Numbered from the stretch's first letter, positions 8,564 to 18,805 are shown. The stretch is DNA of 64,000 bases from an uncultured Gemmatimonadota bacterium (GCA_964573995.1 CAZNLH010000001.1:112810-176809); one strand, 5' to 3'. Made by a program: numbers and translations. The notes: a model not told the origin generated them from the sequence alone.

Positions 8564-9655
8564 ATGGGTAAGACTAAATCAAAGGTCGCCGTCTTGTGGA
8601 CACGCCCCGAGACGGTCGTCGAGGATTACAGCCGCCTTCTGCACCTGATTTCTTATCAAGAATATCTTCCGCGGGATAGAGAGATCGCACTCAAGGTCAA
8701 CATATCATGGGCCAAATTCTATCCCGGCTGCTCTACTACACCGTGGCAATTGGACGGTGTGATACGTACCCTCATAGACGACGGCTATGCAAAGGAGTCG
8801 TTGTATGCCTGCCACAACCGGACGGTGGTTGTGAGCGCCAAGAGGGGCGAGGTCAAGAACAAGCAGAAGAAAGTGATCGTTGATAAATACGGCCTCAGGA
8901 ACATCCATCTCTATGAGGGTGAGGAGTGGGTCAGGTACAACCCGAAGGGAGAGATACTCGTCCTCAATGATGTGTTCAAAGATGGCATCTATATCCCGAA
9001 GCGGCTGATCGGGAGTTCAATAATTCACCTGCCCACCATGAAGACCCACGTCTTTACCACGATAACAGGTGCCATGAAGAACGCCTTTGGCGGACTTCTC
9101 CACGAGAAGCGCCACTGGACCCATTCGGTGATACATGAGACGCTCGTTGATCTCCTTACTATCCAGAAGGAGATTCACCCGGGGATACTGGCGGTCATGG
9201 ACGGTACGTTCTCAGGAGATGGTCCGGGCCCGCGTGCGATGCACGTCCACGAAACAGATTGCATACTTGCCAGCACCGATCAGGTTGGAATAGATGCCGT
9301 TGCCGCCAAGATGATGGGTTTCGACCCCATGTCGATAAGGTTTATCAGGATGGCCCATGAAAAGGGCCTGGGATGCGGCGACCCGAGGGATATCGAGATC
9401 GTCGGGGACGATATCTCCAACGTCAATTTTTACTTCCAGGGCAATAAGAACACATTGGCCAGCAGGGGTCAGAAACTGATCTACCATGGTGCGCTCAAAC
9501 CACTTGAAAAGGTCCTCCTGCGATCCGCAATAACGCCGTGGTCCTACCTTGCTTCCTGGCTCTACCACGATGTTTACTGGTATCCCCTCGTCGGGAGGAG
9601 ACGTGTAAGACAGGCCCTCAAGACCAAATGGGGGAAACTCTTCTCTTCCTATTGA
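8564..9655 (+). CDS. DUF362 domain-containing protein.
   Basis: Family resemblance over 'KVNISWAKFYPGCSTTPW...IIHLPTMKTHVFTTITGAMKNAFGGLL...AVMDGTFSGDGPGP...DAVAAKMMGFDP' to DUF362 proteins. Confidence 0.6.
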   Translation: MGKTKSKVAVLWTRPETVVEDYSRLLHLISYQEYLPRDREIALKVNISWAKFYPGCSTTPWQLDGVIRTLIDDGYAKESLYACHNRTVVVSAKRGEVKNKQKKVIVDKYGLRNIHLYEGEEWVRYNPKGEILVLNDVFKDGIYIPKRLIGSSIIHLPTMKTHVFTTITGAMKNAFGGLLHEKRHWTHSVIHETLVDLLTIQKEIHPGILAVMDGTFSGDGPGPRAMHVHETDCILASTDQVGIDAVAAKMMGFDPMSIRFIRMAHEKGLGCGDPRDIEIVGDDISNVNFYFQGNKNTLASRGQKLIYHGALKPLEKVLLRSAITPWSYLASWLYHDVYWYPLVGRRRVRQALKTKWGKLFSSY

Positions 9656-9798
9656 TCTGCAATATTGATCAACCGGATCCTTATCCCCACCTTTTCTCCA
9701 TCGTGGCATATATATTGCTAAACTTTGTATTAGTGTCTCCATGCCATGATTGATTGAAGACACGCTCGAGTGAATGGATGGACGTGGCTTATTTCGCC

Positions 9799-9827
9799 TT
9801 GACATCCGCAGTTGATTCGTGTACAAT
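9799..9827 (+). promoter_or_regulatory. Near-consensus sigma70 promoter (TTGACA-17 nt-TACAAT) upstream of the STAS-HTH gene.
   Basis: Sequence 'cTTGACAtccgcagttgattcgtgTACAATtta' with -35 at 9799-9804, -10 at 9822-9827 and an exact 17-nt spacer. It sits ~40 nt upstream of ATG 9869. Confidence 0.5.
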
Positions 9828-9868
9828 TTACGGCGTAGTTGGTAATGCATATCCATGGAGGAACCGAT

Positions 9869-10528
9869 ATGGAAGGCATTCAGGTCTCGATAGACAAATT
9901 GGGCCTGGCGTCCGATACTTTCTTGATTAAGGTCGGTGGATACGTCGATACGACGACATCTCAGGAACTTGATCGAGCCCTGGAAGATCTCCTGAAAAAA
10001 GACATCATCAGGTTGATAATCGACCTCGAGGATGTCGATTACATCAGCAGCGCCGGCTGGGGGATTTTCATATCAGAAATAAAGACGATTCGCAAAAAGG
10101 GAGGAGACATAAAACTTGCCAGGATGACCCCGGATGTCTTCGAGGTCTTCGAACTCTTGGAGTTCCATCGCATACTCAAGTGCTACGATTCGGTCGATGA
10201 GGCAATCAAGGACTTCGAACTTGAATCGGGTGGGAGAGACCGTGTAGAGGCCAAAGAAGAAGACGACGTGGAAAGCGTCCCCGTGGAAGATCATGATAGT
10301 TCTTCCGAGGTGCAACTTGCTGGGGACGTCAGAACCCTCTCCCTGGAAGAAAAGATCAAGCGAATTGTCAGGAAGAATCCGGAATTTGGTACCGCTGATA
10401 TCCGGCGGCAACTTATGTCGGAACAATATGGACCCCTTCGCGTGGGGTCTTTTCAAATCTACCGCCTCTTGAGGAAACTCGACCTCAACTCGATGAAGAA
10501 GCGGGTGATTTTTTCCAGGTCTAAGTAG
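9869..10528 (+). CDS. Anti-sigma-factor antagonist (STAS/SpoIIAA-like) with an acidic linker and a C-terminal transposase-like HTH domain.
   Basis: ATG at 9869 follows 'ggagga'. STAS motifs 'IIDLEDVDYISSAGWGIF...KKGGDIKLARMTPDVFEVFELLEF'. Acidic stretch 'EAKEEDDVESVPVEDHDSSSE'. The C-terminal 'IKRIVRKNPEFGTADIRRQLMSEQYGPLRVGSFQIYRLLRKLDL' resembles the HTH_32/IS630-IS481 N-terminal HTH. Confidence 0.7.
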   Translation: MEGIQVSIDKLGLASDTFLIKVGGYVDTTTSQELDRALEDLLKKDIIRLIIDLEDVDYISSAGWGIFISEIKTIRKKGGDIKLARMTPDVFEVFELLEFHRILKCYDSVDEAIKDFELESGGRDRVEAKEEDDVESVPVEDHDSSSEVQLAGDVRTLSLEEKIKRIVRKNPEFGTADIRRQLMSEQYGPLRVGSFQIYRLLRKLDLNSMKKRVIFSRSK

Positions 10529-10551
10529 GGATAGACCTCGGGATATCCCTA
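10526..10551. terminator. Shared hairpin between two convergent genes, a possible bidirectional terminator.
   Basis: 'TAGGGATAgacctcgggaTATCCCTA' forms an 8-bp perfect inverted repeat that spans both stop codons (STAS gene on +, NhaC-like gene on -). No U-tract is present, so this is speculative. Confidence 0.3.
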
Positions 10552-12474
10552 CGCGGGCCTCTCCCCGTTTTCGTTTGTCTCTACCCTCCCGCCGAAGATC
10601 CACAGGAATGCCGCCAACACTATGCATCCTATGAGCAACGACCAGTAAGGACTAAGTCCGTAACCGCTCGGCAGATCTCCCACCAGGAGCCCCACTATCG
10701 CAACCAGGACGGCGTAAGGAAGTTGAGTCCTTACATGGTCTACATGGTCCGCCGAGGATGCCATGGAGGACATGATGGTCGTATCGGAGATCGGCGAACA
10801 GTGATCTCCAAAGATTGACCCTGCCAGGACCCCCGAGAGCGTACTGACCATGTTCATCTGGACCTCGGCCGCGGGAAAGGAGGCAGACAGGCAAAGGTTG
10901 TGGGAGAGGGGGGCCACGATGGGAATCACGATGGCCATCGTCGCCCAGGAAGTGCCGGTTGAAAAACTTATCAGGGCCGAGATAATGAACGTGAGGGCCG
11001 GCAGGAGCCTCGGCGAGAAGATCCCCCGCGAGATGAATACGACGTAATTGGCCGTGCTCAGTTTATCACACACGTTTCCAATCGACCACGCGAGGACCAG
11101 CACAATCATTGCAAGGAGCATGGAGCGAATTCCACTAACCCATGCATCGAACATCCGCGATATCGACATGATGCGCTGAGTGTAGGTGAGCCCCATCGCG
11201 GATAGTACGCCGAAGGTAGAAGCCCACAAGAGCACATTGAAGGTGTTGGCCTGCGTTATCACCTCTCTCAGTGGTAGGCTGGCGGGATCCCGCCCCATGG
11301 AAAGCAGGACGTGCCTGCCATCGATCCAGAGACCGAAGATGGTCCCGAGGATAACAACGAGAATGGGAACAACGGCATTGATCCACCTGAGCGGCAATCC
11401 CTCTTGTGATGGAGGCCCGTCCGTTTCGAAGTTTGATAGCGGAACCGCTCCGTCGCGCAGCAACTTTCCGGACACTCTGCTACGTCTCTCCGCCTTGAGC
11501 ATCGGGCCGAAATCTCTGCCGGTAATTGCCACGAGCAAGACAAAGAATATGGAAAGGAGGGGATAGAAGCGGTGAGGAATCGTCTGGAGAAATAAGAGGT
11601 AAGGGTCGATGCCGGTCTTGAGGGGCTCAATGGCGTCACTGATAAGTCCCACCTCGAATCCGATCCATGTCGAGATGATGGCCACGCTCGATACCGGCGC
11701 CGCCGTCGCATCTACGATGTACGAGAGTTTCTCTCGAGAGATCTTCAGCCTGTCTGTTATGGGTCTCATCGTATTCCCAACGATGAGGGTGTTTGCATAG
11801 TCATCGAAAAAGATGAAGACCCCCATGGCCCAGGTGGCCACCTGTCCCCTCAAGACACTTGTAGATATCGTCTTTAACTTCTCTATGATACCGGCCGTCC
11901 CGCCGTTTCTCGTGATCAGGCCGATCATCCCGCCGAGCATGAGACTGAAGAGGATAATCTCGACGTGAGACCGCTCTGTCAATACACCAACGACGATGGT
12001 GTCGAGTGAGCGGAGGAAGCCGGTGAGGGGGTTGAGGCCGTAAAGAAAAGATGCCCCGAGCCAGATACCGAGAAAGAGCGAAAAGACAACCTCTCGAAAG
12101 GCAATTGCCAGTACTATTGCGATAATCGGCGGCAGGAGAGAGATCCATCCAGGCAGGACATCCCGTTCGACTTGAACCTCTTCCTCTCCTACTTGAAGGG
12201 AAAAGAAGGCCCCACCTTGCCAGGAGAGATGAAGGTCTTTTAGAGTAACCCCGCCGCCGGATGTAATGATTCCCTTGTAGTCCATCCCCGTGGAAGGGCC
12301 GCCCGCCCCTGTTGTGAGTGGGCGAGGGCCCACGTGCAGGGAATATGGCACTGAATCCGTTGGGGTACTTCCTGCAGGGATGATCTTTACATCGAAGGGT
12401 ACCTTGGAGAGTATAACGTGCGGCAACTTCAGGGGTGGGCCCTCGGCTGCCGCAAGCACGGCAGGAAGGAGCAA
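10549..12474 (-). CDS. NhaC-family Na+/H+ antiporter-like transporter with an extra ~110-aa N-terminal soluble domain.
   Basis: About 12 predicted TM helices in an NhaC-like arrangement ('GGMIGLITRNGGTAGIIEKL', 'FGDHCSPISDTTIMSSMAS'). TTG start at 12474, with no ATG between the upstream in-frame stop and that TTG. Confidence 0.5.
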   Translation of the reverse strand: MLLPAVLAAAEGPPLKLPHVILSKVPFDVKIIPAGSTPTDSVPYSLHVGPRPLTTGAGGPSTGMDYKGIITSGGGVTLKDLHLSWQGGAFFSLQVGEEEVQVERDVLPGWISLLPPIIAIVLAIAFREVVFSLFLGIWLGASFLYGLNPLTGFLRSLDTIVVGVLTERSHVEIILFSLMLGGMIGLITRNGGTAGIIEKLKTISTSVLRGQVATWAMGVFIFFDDYANTLIVGNTMRPITDRLKISREKLSYIVDATAAPVSSVAIISTWIGFEVGLISDAIEPLKTGIDPYLLFLQTIPHRFYPLLSIFFVLLVAITGRDFGPMLKAERRSRVSGKLLRDGAVPLSNFETDGPPSQEGLPLRWINAVVPILVVILGTIFGLWIDGRHVLLSMGRDPASLPLREVITQANTFNVLLWASTFGVLSAMGLTYTQRIMSISRMFDAWVSGIRSMLLAMIVLVLAWSIGNVCDKLSTANYVVFISRGIFSPRLLPALTFIISALISFSTGTSWATMAIVIPIVAPLSHNLCLSASFPAAEVQMNMVSTLSGVLAGSIFGDHCSPISDTTIMSSMASSADHVDHVRTQLPYAVLVAIVGLLVGDLPSGYGLSPYWSLLIGCIVLAAFLWIFGGRVETNENGERPA

Positions 12475-12530
12475 GAGGAGGAGTATTGCCCTGGTCGAGA
12501 TCCCTTTATGTATCCGATGGGTCAGAGGTC

Positions 12531-15197
12531 TTACTCTCCTTTGTTAGACAGCAAGGCGGCGTGGGCGGCGGCCAGCCGGGCGACAGGGACACGGTACGGG
12601 GAACAACTTACGTAGTCCAGTCCAACGTCATGGCAGAATGCCACCGAACTCGGCTCGCCGCCATGTTCGCCGCATATCCCTATCTTCAGGTTCTCCTTCG
12701 TCTGTCTCCCCTTGACGACCCCGATGCGAACCAGTTCACCCACGCCATCACGGTCGAGTACCTGGAACGGGTCGGCCTGCAATACCCCGTGTTCGACATA
12801 GGAAGGAAGGAATCGACCTGAATCATCCCTCGATAACCCGAAGGTGGTCTGCGTCAGGTCGTTGGTACCGAAGGAAAAAAAGTCGGCGACTGTTGCTATT
12901 CGATCGGCCGTCAGGCAGGCCCGGGGGACCTCTATCATCGTGCCCACCAGGTAGGAGAGAGCCATTCCGGAATTCTCAATTATCTCCTTGGCCGTTCGGT
13001 CTATGATCGCCCGTTGATTCCGCAGTTCTTCGACATCGCTTACGAGTGGGATCATAATCTCCGGTAGGACTTCAAACCCATCCCTCTTGACGTTCACCGC
13101 CGCTTCGATGATCGCCCTTGCCTGCATCTCTGTAATCTCCGGGTAGAGAATCCCAAGACGGCATCCCCGGTGTCCCAGCATCGGGTTGGCCTCCCGTAAA
13201 GAGTCCACAATCAAATGTACTCTATCGAGATCGATTCCAGATCGTCCGGCGAAGTCCTCCATCTCCTCTTCGGAAACTGGAAGAAACTCGTGAAGCGGAG
13301 GATCGAGCAACCGGATCGTTACCGGGTATCCGTCCATCGCCCGAAAGATCCCCTCAAAATCACCTCTCTGCATCGGGAGCAATTCGGCCAAGGCCTCCCG
13401 GCGCCTCTCGGTGTCTTCAGCCAGGATCATCTTCCTCATGGAGAAGATGCGGTCTCCCTGGAAGAACATGTGCTCCGTCCTGCAAAGGCCTATCCCCTCG
13501 GCACCGAACTCTCTACCCTTGCGGGCATCATGCGGGGTGTCGGCATTTGTCCTGACCCCCAATTTGCGGAGTTCATCGGCCCATGACATGAGGGACTTGA
13601 AATCATCGGACAGTTCAGGCTCGATCAGAGGTGCACTGCCGAGTATGACCTCGCCCGTGGAGCCGTTAATGGTGATAATGTCTCCCCTCTTGACTGTGAC
13701 TTCTCCCACCCGGAACTCGCCCTTCAGGTAATCCACCGCGATATTTTCACATCCAGCGACGCACGGTTTCCCCATTCCCCTTGCCACAACCGCCGCATGA
13801 GATGTCATGCCGCCACGCGAGGTCAGGATGCCCTTCGCCGTGGCCATACCGTGGATGTCTTCGGGTGATGTCTCCGCACGGGTAAGTATGACGTCCTCCT
13901 GCTTCCCGAGTTCCGAGGCCTCATCGGCACTAAAGACCACCATTCCGACAGCCGCGCCTGGAGAAGCAGGAAGGCCCTTGGCGAAGACGGTAACGGGGGC
14001 CTTCGGGTCGATAGTGGGGTGGAGCAATTGGTCGAGGGAAGCTGCTGGACAGATTCTATCTACTGCGGTCCTGCGATCGATGAGTCCCTCGGCCACCATG
14101 TCCACGGCTATCTTTACGGCAGCGGCCGTACTTCGTTTGCCGGTCCGTGTCTGGAGCATCCAAAGTTTGCCCTTCTCTATGGTGAACTCGATGTCCTGCA
14201 TGTCGTGGTAGTGTGCCTCGAGTTTTTTGTAGATCTCGGTCAGTTCCCTGTAAATTTCAGGCATCTCATCTTCGAGGCACGAGTCGTCGGTTCCTGACAT
14301 GTTGCTCCGATTCAGCGGCTTAGGCGTCCGGATTCCGGCGACGACGTCCTCCCCCTGGGCATTATCCAGGTACTCACCGAAGAATTGCCGGTCCCCGGTC
14401 GAGGGGTCTCGAGTAAACGCAACACCGGTGGCACTCCTGTCGCCCGTGTTCCCGAAGACCATCACCTGCACATTCGCCGCTGTCCCCAGGTCATCAGGAA
14501 TCCCATGTATCTTCCGGTAATCGATCGCCCTCCTGTTGTTCCACGACTGAAAGACGGCGGTTATCGCTCCCCATAATTGTTCCCATGGGTCGGACGGGAA
14601 CTCCTGCCCCGTGGTTGTGCGAATGGTCTCCTTGTATGAGTCCACGAGCGATTTGAAGGCGGATAGACTGAGTTGATGGTCATAGCGTACACCCTCGCGC
14701 CTTCGTATTTCGGATAGGGACGACTCGAACAGGCTGTGATCTACTCCCAGCACCACATCCCCATACATCTGTATGAAGCGGCGGTAACTGTCCCAACCGA
14801 ACGTCTCGTCTGCACCATGGCGACAAAGGCCATCCATAGTCTCTTCATTCAGCCCGATGTTCAGGACCGTGTCCATCATGCCAGGCATGGAAATGGCGGC
14901 CCCCGAACGTACGGATAGCAAGAGTGGATTGTCAACGGATCCAAACTTACGTCCCATGATGGTCTCGAGACGATTCAGATTGATGCGGACCTCGTTCTCC
15001 AGTCCCTCGGGGTAGGACCCGTCGTGCATTGAATAATGGTTACACACCTCAGTGGTTATCGTAAAGCCCGGTGGCACCGGTATATCAAGCCTAGACATCT
15101 CAGCCAGGTTTGCCCCCTTTCCACCCAGCAGCCTCTTCTGGTGCCTGTCCCCTTCGGCCTCTCCGGCCCCAAAGAAATAAACCCATTTTTTCGACAT
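12531..15197 (-). CDS. ppdK: Pyruvate, phosphate dikinase.
   Basis: 'MSKKWVYFFGAGEAEGDRHQKRLLGGKGANLAEM' matches the PPDK N-terminus. The catalytic His region 'GGMTSHAAVVARGMGKPCV' and the PEP-utilizing C-terminal domain are present. RBS 'gggggga' precedes ATG 15197; the track ORF extends to 15221. Confidence 0.93.
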   Translation of the reverse strand: MSKKWVYFFGAGEAEGDRHQKRLLGGKGANLAEMSRLDIPVPPGFTITTEVCNHYSMHDGSYPEGLENEVRINLNRLETIMGRKFGSVDNPLLLSVRSGAAISMPGMMDTVLNIGLNEETMDGLCRHGADETFGWDSYRRFIQMYGDVVLGVDHSLFESSLSEIRRREGVRYDHQLSLSAFKSLVDSYKETIRTTTGQEFPSDPWEQLWGAITAVFQSWNNRRAIDYRKIHGIPDDLGTAANVQVMVFGNTGDRSATGVAFTRDPSTGDRQFFGEYLDNAQGEDVVAGIRTPKPLNRSNMSGTDDSCLEDEMPEIYRELTEIYKKLEAHYHDMQDIEFTIEKGKLWMLQTRTGKRSTAAAVKIAVDMVAEGLIDRRTAVDRICPAASLDQLLHPTIDPKAPVTVFAKGLPASPGAAVGMVVFSADEASELGKQEDVILTRAETSPEDIHGMATAKGILTSRGGMTSHAAVVARGMGKPCVAGCENIAVDYLKGEFRVGEVTVKRGDIITINGSTGEVILGSAPLIEPELSDDFKSLMSWADELRKLGVRTNADTPHDARKGREFGAEGIGLCRTEHMFFQGDRIFSMRKMILAEDTERRREALAELLPMQRGDFEGIFRAMDGYPVTIRLLDPPLHEFLPVSEEEMEDFAGRSGIDLDRVHLIVDSLREANPMLGHRGCRLGILYPEITEMQARAIIEAAVNVKRDGFEVLPEIMIPLVSDVEELRNQRAIIDRTAKEIIENSGMALSYLVGTMIEVPRACLTADRIATVADFFSFGTNDLTQTTFGLSRDDSGRFLPSYVEHGVLQADPFQVLDRDGVGELVRIGVVKGRQTKENLKIGICGEHGGEPSSVAFCHDVGLDYVSCSPYRVPVARLAAAHAALLSNKGE

Positions 15198-15233
15198 TGA
15201 TCCCCCCGTTACTACCTTCATTGATTGCCCTGC

Positions 15234-16667
15234 TCACGGAGTGAGCACGTGTTTCTTTTCAAGTATGAACTTGTCCGTTTCTTCCACTTCGACCGAGTAA
15301 TCGCCCGAAAAACAGGCGTGGCAGAACGAATCTCCTGAAAGGGGGGCCGACTTCAACATCCCTTCCAGCGATAGGTACCCGAGCGAGTCTACACCAAGAA
15401 AGGCAGATATCTCCTCGACGGAATGGTTTGAAGCAACAAGTTCCTCACGGCTCGGGGTATCGATTCCATAGTAACACGGAAATTGAAAAGGTGGAGAGCC
15501 CACCCTGAAATGGACCTCCCTGGCGCCGCACTGCCTGAGAAGCCTAACAAGTACACGGCTTGTTGTTCCACGGATTATGGAATCATCGACGACTACTACC
15601 CTCTTGTCCCTAAGGACCTCCCTTACCGGGTTATATTTTATTTTCACACCCAGGTCCCTTACCTTCTGCGTTGGACGGATAAAGGTCCTCCCGACATAAT
15701 GGTTCCTGATGAGCCCTATTTCCAGTGGGAGACCGGCGGCCTCGGCGAACCCGAGCGCGGTAATGTTGCTCGAGTCCGGGACAGATATGACGCAATCTCC
15801 ATCAACCGGATGTTCCCTGGCGAGTTGGCGGCCGAACTCACGGCGTGCTATGCCCGCACATGCCCCGAAGACCCTGGAATCCGGCCTTGAAAAATATACA
15901 TATTCAAAGATGCACATCCTTGGAGATACCTTTTCAAATGGTTTGATGGAATCGATCCCTTGCTCGGAGAAGTGTACTATCTCACCTGGTTCAATGTCCC
16001 GCAGGAAATGGGCACCGACGATATCGAACCCGCACGACTCGGAGGCCACCACGTATCCCCCGTCGAGGCCGGCAATGGAGAGAGGGCGGAATCCCCTTGT
16101 GTCCCTAACGGCATACAGTTCGCCGTTGACGAGTATAAGCAGGGAATAGGCCCCCTTTACGGTGTTCAATGCCTCGACAATACTGTCTTTAATCTTTTTC
16201 TTCGTTGATGATGCGATCAAGTGGACGATGACCTCCGTATCCATTGATGATTGGAAGATCGACCCCTTTCCCTCCAATTGTCTCCGAACCCTGGTGGAAT
16301 TGACGAGGTTCCCGTTGTGAGAAATGGACATCTGGCCGATGCGGAAATTGACCATGAGAGGTTGTGCGTTGGAGATGTGGGTGGATCCGGTGGTGGAGTA
16401 CCGCGTGTGTCCGATCGTTATATCACCGGGGAGTTTCTCCAACACGGAATCGTCTATAGTATCGGAGACCAGGCCCATTCCCCTGAAGAGGTGCTGCCTC
16501 TTGCCGTCCCACGATGCAATTCCAGCACTCTCTTGACCGCGATGCTGAAGTGAATAAAGACCAAAGTATGTCAATTCGGCGGCCTTGGGAATGTTCCAGA
16601 TTGCGAAGAGGGCACAATGTCCACGTAATGACGGCTCAATGAGGTTTGCCGACCTTTCTTCGCTCAT
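15234..16667 (-). CDS. purF: Amidophosphoribosyltransferase (glutamine PRPP amidotransferase).
   Basis: 'CALFAIWNIPKAAELTYFGLYSLQHRGQESAGIA' is the class-II Ntn-amidotransferase active-site Cys after a short propeptide. A PRTase domain and C-terminal Cys residues suggest an Fe-S type enzyme. Confidence 0.92.
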   Translation of the reverse strand: MSEERSANLIEPSLRGHCALFAIWNIPKAAELTYFGLYSLQHRGQESAGIASWDGKRQHLFRGMGLVSDTIDDSVLEKLPGDITIGHTRYSTTGSTHISNAQPLMVNFRIGQMSISHNGNLVNSTRVRRQLEGKGSIFQSSMDTEVIVHLIASSTKKKIKDSIVEALNTVKGAYSLLILVNGELYAVRDTRGFRPLSIAGLDGGYVVASESCGFDIVGAHFLRDIEPGEIVHFSEQGIDSIKPFEKVSPRMCIFEYVYFSRPDSRVFGACAGIARREFGRQLAREHPVDGDCVISVPDSSNITALGFAEAAGLPLEIGLIRNHYVGRTFIRPTQKVRDLGVKIKYNPVREVLRDKRVVVVDDSIIRGTTSRVLVRLLRQCGAREVHFRVGSPPFQFPCYYGIDTPSREELVASNHSVEEISAFLGVDSLGYLSLEGMLKSAPLSGDSFCHACFSGDYSVEVEETDKFILEKKHVLTP

Positions 16668-16695
16668 TGTACTATCTCCCTAATTATCCTATAGG

Positions 16696-17439
16696 TTAAG
16701 CCCTATCCTTCTCGGCTGATTTTTCCCATAGCCCGCCGAGGATCGAACGGCCGAGGCCAAACAGAATGTAGAGGAAGCAGAGAGGGAAGAAAATATACCG
16801 TGGTATAGTGAAGACACCTACCCAGAATGCCAACAATAACAGGACCGCAGTCATCCCCTTTACACCACCTCGTCTCAGGGACGGAAAACTGGGGTACTGC
16901 ACATTACTTATCATCAGGATCGAGATCAGAACGATGAAGACCGACAGAAACCTTTCGTGACCGGCACCGGTGAAATAGCGAGCGTAGAGGGGAGTCAGGG
17001 AGAAGGGGATGAAAGAGACGAGGAAGATGCCTGCCACCGGGATCGGCAGCCCGGTGAAGAACTTCTTCGCCGGCCCCGGACTTTCAACGTTGTAACGCGC
17101 TAACCGAAGCGCACCGGCAAAGAGGAATCCGAAGACGAGCAACCACGACCACTCGCCCCTGGAGCGTAAAAAATAGGTAAACATTATAACCGACGGGGCC
17201 ACACCAAAGGTCACGAGATCGGCGAGGGAGTCGAGTTCCATTCCAAAGCGGCTGTAACTCTTGGAAAACTTGGCGACCTTCCCGTCTATGAAATCGAGGA
17301 TTCCTCCAACTATGACGAACCAACTGGCGTTTACCAACTCGAGACGGAACGCAGAAATGATCGCATAGAATCCGAAGAATAGATTGCCGGAGGTAAAAGC
17401 ACCCGGGAGCGCCATCCTGCCTTTTTGTCTAATGCTCAT
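16696..17439 (-). CDS. pssA: CDP-diacylglycerol--serine O-phosphatidyltransferase (CDP-alcohol phosphatidyltransferase family).
   Basis: 'DFIDGKVAKFS...GMELDSLADLVTFGVAP' is the CDP-OH phosphotransferase motif. ATG at 17439 overlaps the psd stop in an ATGA junction. Confidence 0.85.
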   Translation of the reverse strand: MSIRQKGRMALPGAFTSGNLFFGFYAIISAFRLELVNASWFVIVGGILDFIDGKVAKFSKSYSRFGMELDSLADLVTFGVAPSVIMFTYFLRSRGEWSWLLVFGFLFAGALRLARYNVESPGPAKKFFTGLPIPVAGIFLVSFIPFSLTPLYARYFTGAGHERFLSVFIVLISILMISNVQYPSFPSLRRGGVKGMTAVLLLLAFWVGVFTIPRYIFFPLCFLYILFGLGRSILGGLWEKSAEKDRA

Positions 17440-18089
17440 GAGAATACTCCAATGATGGTCTTCCCTGCAACCGTCTTTTCCCCGCAAGAAATCTTCACCT
17501 TGCACTCCATGGGGATAAAAAGGTCGAGGCGTGAGCCGAAGAGTACCATGCCGAGACGCTCGCCACGTTTCACGTGATCTCCCTCTTTCGGGTAGGTGAT
17601 GATCCTCCGGGCAAGTATCCCGGCGACCTGTCTCAGGATTACCGTCTTATCTTCGTGCTCAATGACCAGACTGCACTGTTCGTTTCGCCTGCTTGCCTCA
17701 TCTCTATAGGCGGGCAGGAACTTTCCCGCCCGGTATTCCCTTCGTATGACCTCTCCGGAAACAGGGATCCGGTTGATATGTACGTTCCATATAGACATGA
17801 AAATGGAGATCAGGATGCAACGCCCGCCTGGAAGGCTATCTTCAACCTCTTCGGAGACCCTGATGATCTTTCCATCCGCCGGCGCCAGGATGAGACCTTC
17901 TTCACCAGGAGGACTGCGTTCCGGGTCGCGGAAGAAGGTGATGAACATGGCCAACAGGAGAATGGGGGATGAGACGACCGGGTATCTCAACCACTTCGGC
18001 CAGTTAGTGGTAAATATGGTCGTCAAGATCAGCAGTATAAGAGAAAGAAAGAGAAATGGAAAGCCGTGTCGGGAGATACCTATATGCAT
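17436..18089 (-). CDS. psd: Phosphatidylserine decarboxylase proenzyme (short, Asd-type).
   Basis: 'GERLGMVLFGSRLDLFIP' is the GS(T) self-cleavage motif region. N-terminal TM helices are present. Confidence 0.85.
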   Translation of the reverse strand: MHIGISRHGFPFLFLSLILLILTTIFTTNWPKWLRYPVVSSPILLLAMFITFFRDPERSPPGEEGLILAPADGKIIRVSEEVEDSLPGGRCILISIFMSIWNVHINRIPVSGEVIRREYRAGKFLPAYRDEASRRNEQCSLVIEHEDKTVILRQVAGILARRIITYPKEGDHVKRGERLGMVLFGSRLDLFIPMECKVKISCGEKTVAGKTIIGVFS

Positions 18090-18805
18090 GGCCCCTCTTT
18101 ATCCCTGCAGATCCTTCGGAAGACCTCCTGGTAGGTCTCCTCGACGTCACCGAGATCGAACCGGAACCTGTCCTTGTCGAGTTTCCTGCCGGATTCCTTG
18201 TCCCAGAAACGGCACGTGTCGGGGCTGATCTCGTCGCCGAGGAGGATCCGGTCACGCCACCGCCCGAATTCGAGCTTGATATCGACCAATTCGATGCCGA
18301 TACCGCTCAATTCTGAACGGAGGATGGTATTGGCCCGCCTTGCGAGTTCAAGGATGGCCCGTTCTTCATCTCTTCTGGCGAGATGTAGGGCCGTCACATG
18401 GTCGGAATTGATGAATGGGTCTCCGAGGAGGTCGTCCTTGTAATACTCTTCAACGATCGGGCTCTTGAGTTCCGTTCCCTCTTCCAGGCCGATCCTGCGG
18501 ACGAGGCTGCCCGCGCAGATGTTGCGAACGACCACCTCGATGGGAAAGATATTCAGTCTTTTCACGAGCATCGAATCGTCGCTCAGGCACCGGACGAAAT
18601 GCGTTGGGATCCCCTTCTCCTCGAGGACCCTGAAAAGATAGGATGAAATCCGGTTGTTTACAATCCCTTTGCCGGCGATCCTGCCCTTTTTCTTACCGTT
18701 GAACGCCGTTGCATCTTCCTTGAACTCCTGTATGACGTAGGACTCGTCTTCTGTTGCAAACATCTTCTTTGCCTTACCCTCGTACAGCAATTCCGCCCTC
18801 TTCAT
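18080..18805 (-). CDS. purC: Phosphoribosylaminoimidazole-succinocarboxamide synthase (SAICAR synthetase).
   Basis: 'LLYEGKAKKMFATEDESYVIQEFKEDATAFNGKKKG' is the canonical PurC N-terminus. Confidence 0.92.
   Translation of the reverse strand: MKRAELLYEGKAKKMFATEDESYVIQEFKEDATAFNGKKKGRIAGKGIVNNRISSYLFRVLEEKGIPTHFVRCLSDDSMLVKRLNIFPIEVVVRNICAGSLVRRIGLEEGTELKSPIVEEYYKDDLLGDPFINSDHVTALHLARRDEERAILELARRANTILRSELSGIGIELVDIKLEFGRWRDRILLGDEISPDTCRFWDKESGRKLDKDRFRFDLGDVEETYQEVFRRICRDKEGPCI

Noticed and set aside
9212-9856. 214-aa minus-strand ORF overlapping the 3' end of the DUF362 gene and the promoter region of the STAS gene
   Set aside because: It is antisense to a conserved-domain CDS and runs through a consensus promoter. 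It has no RBS or domain support.
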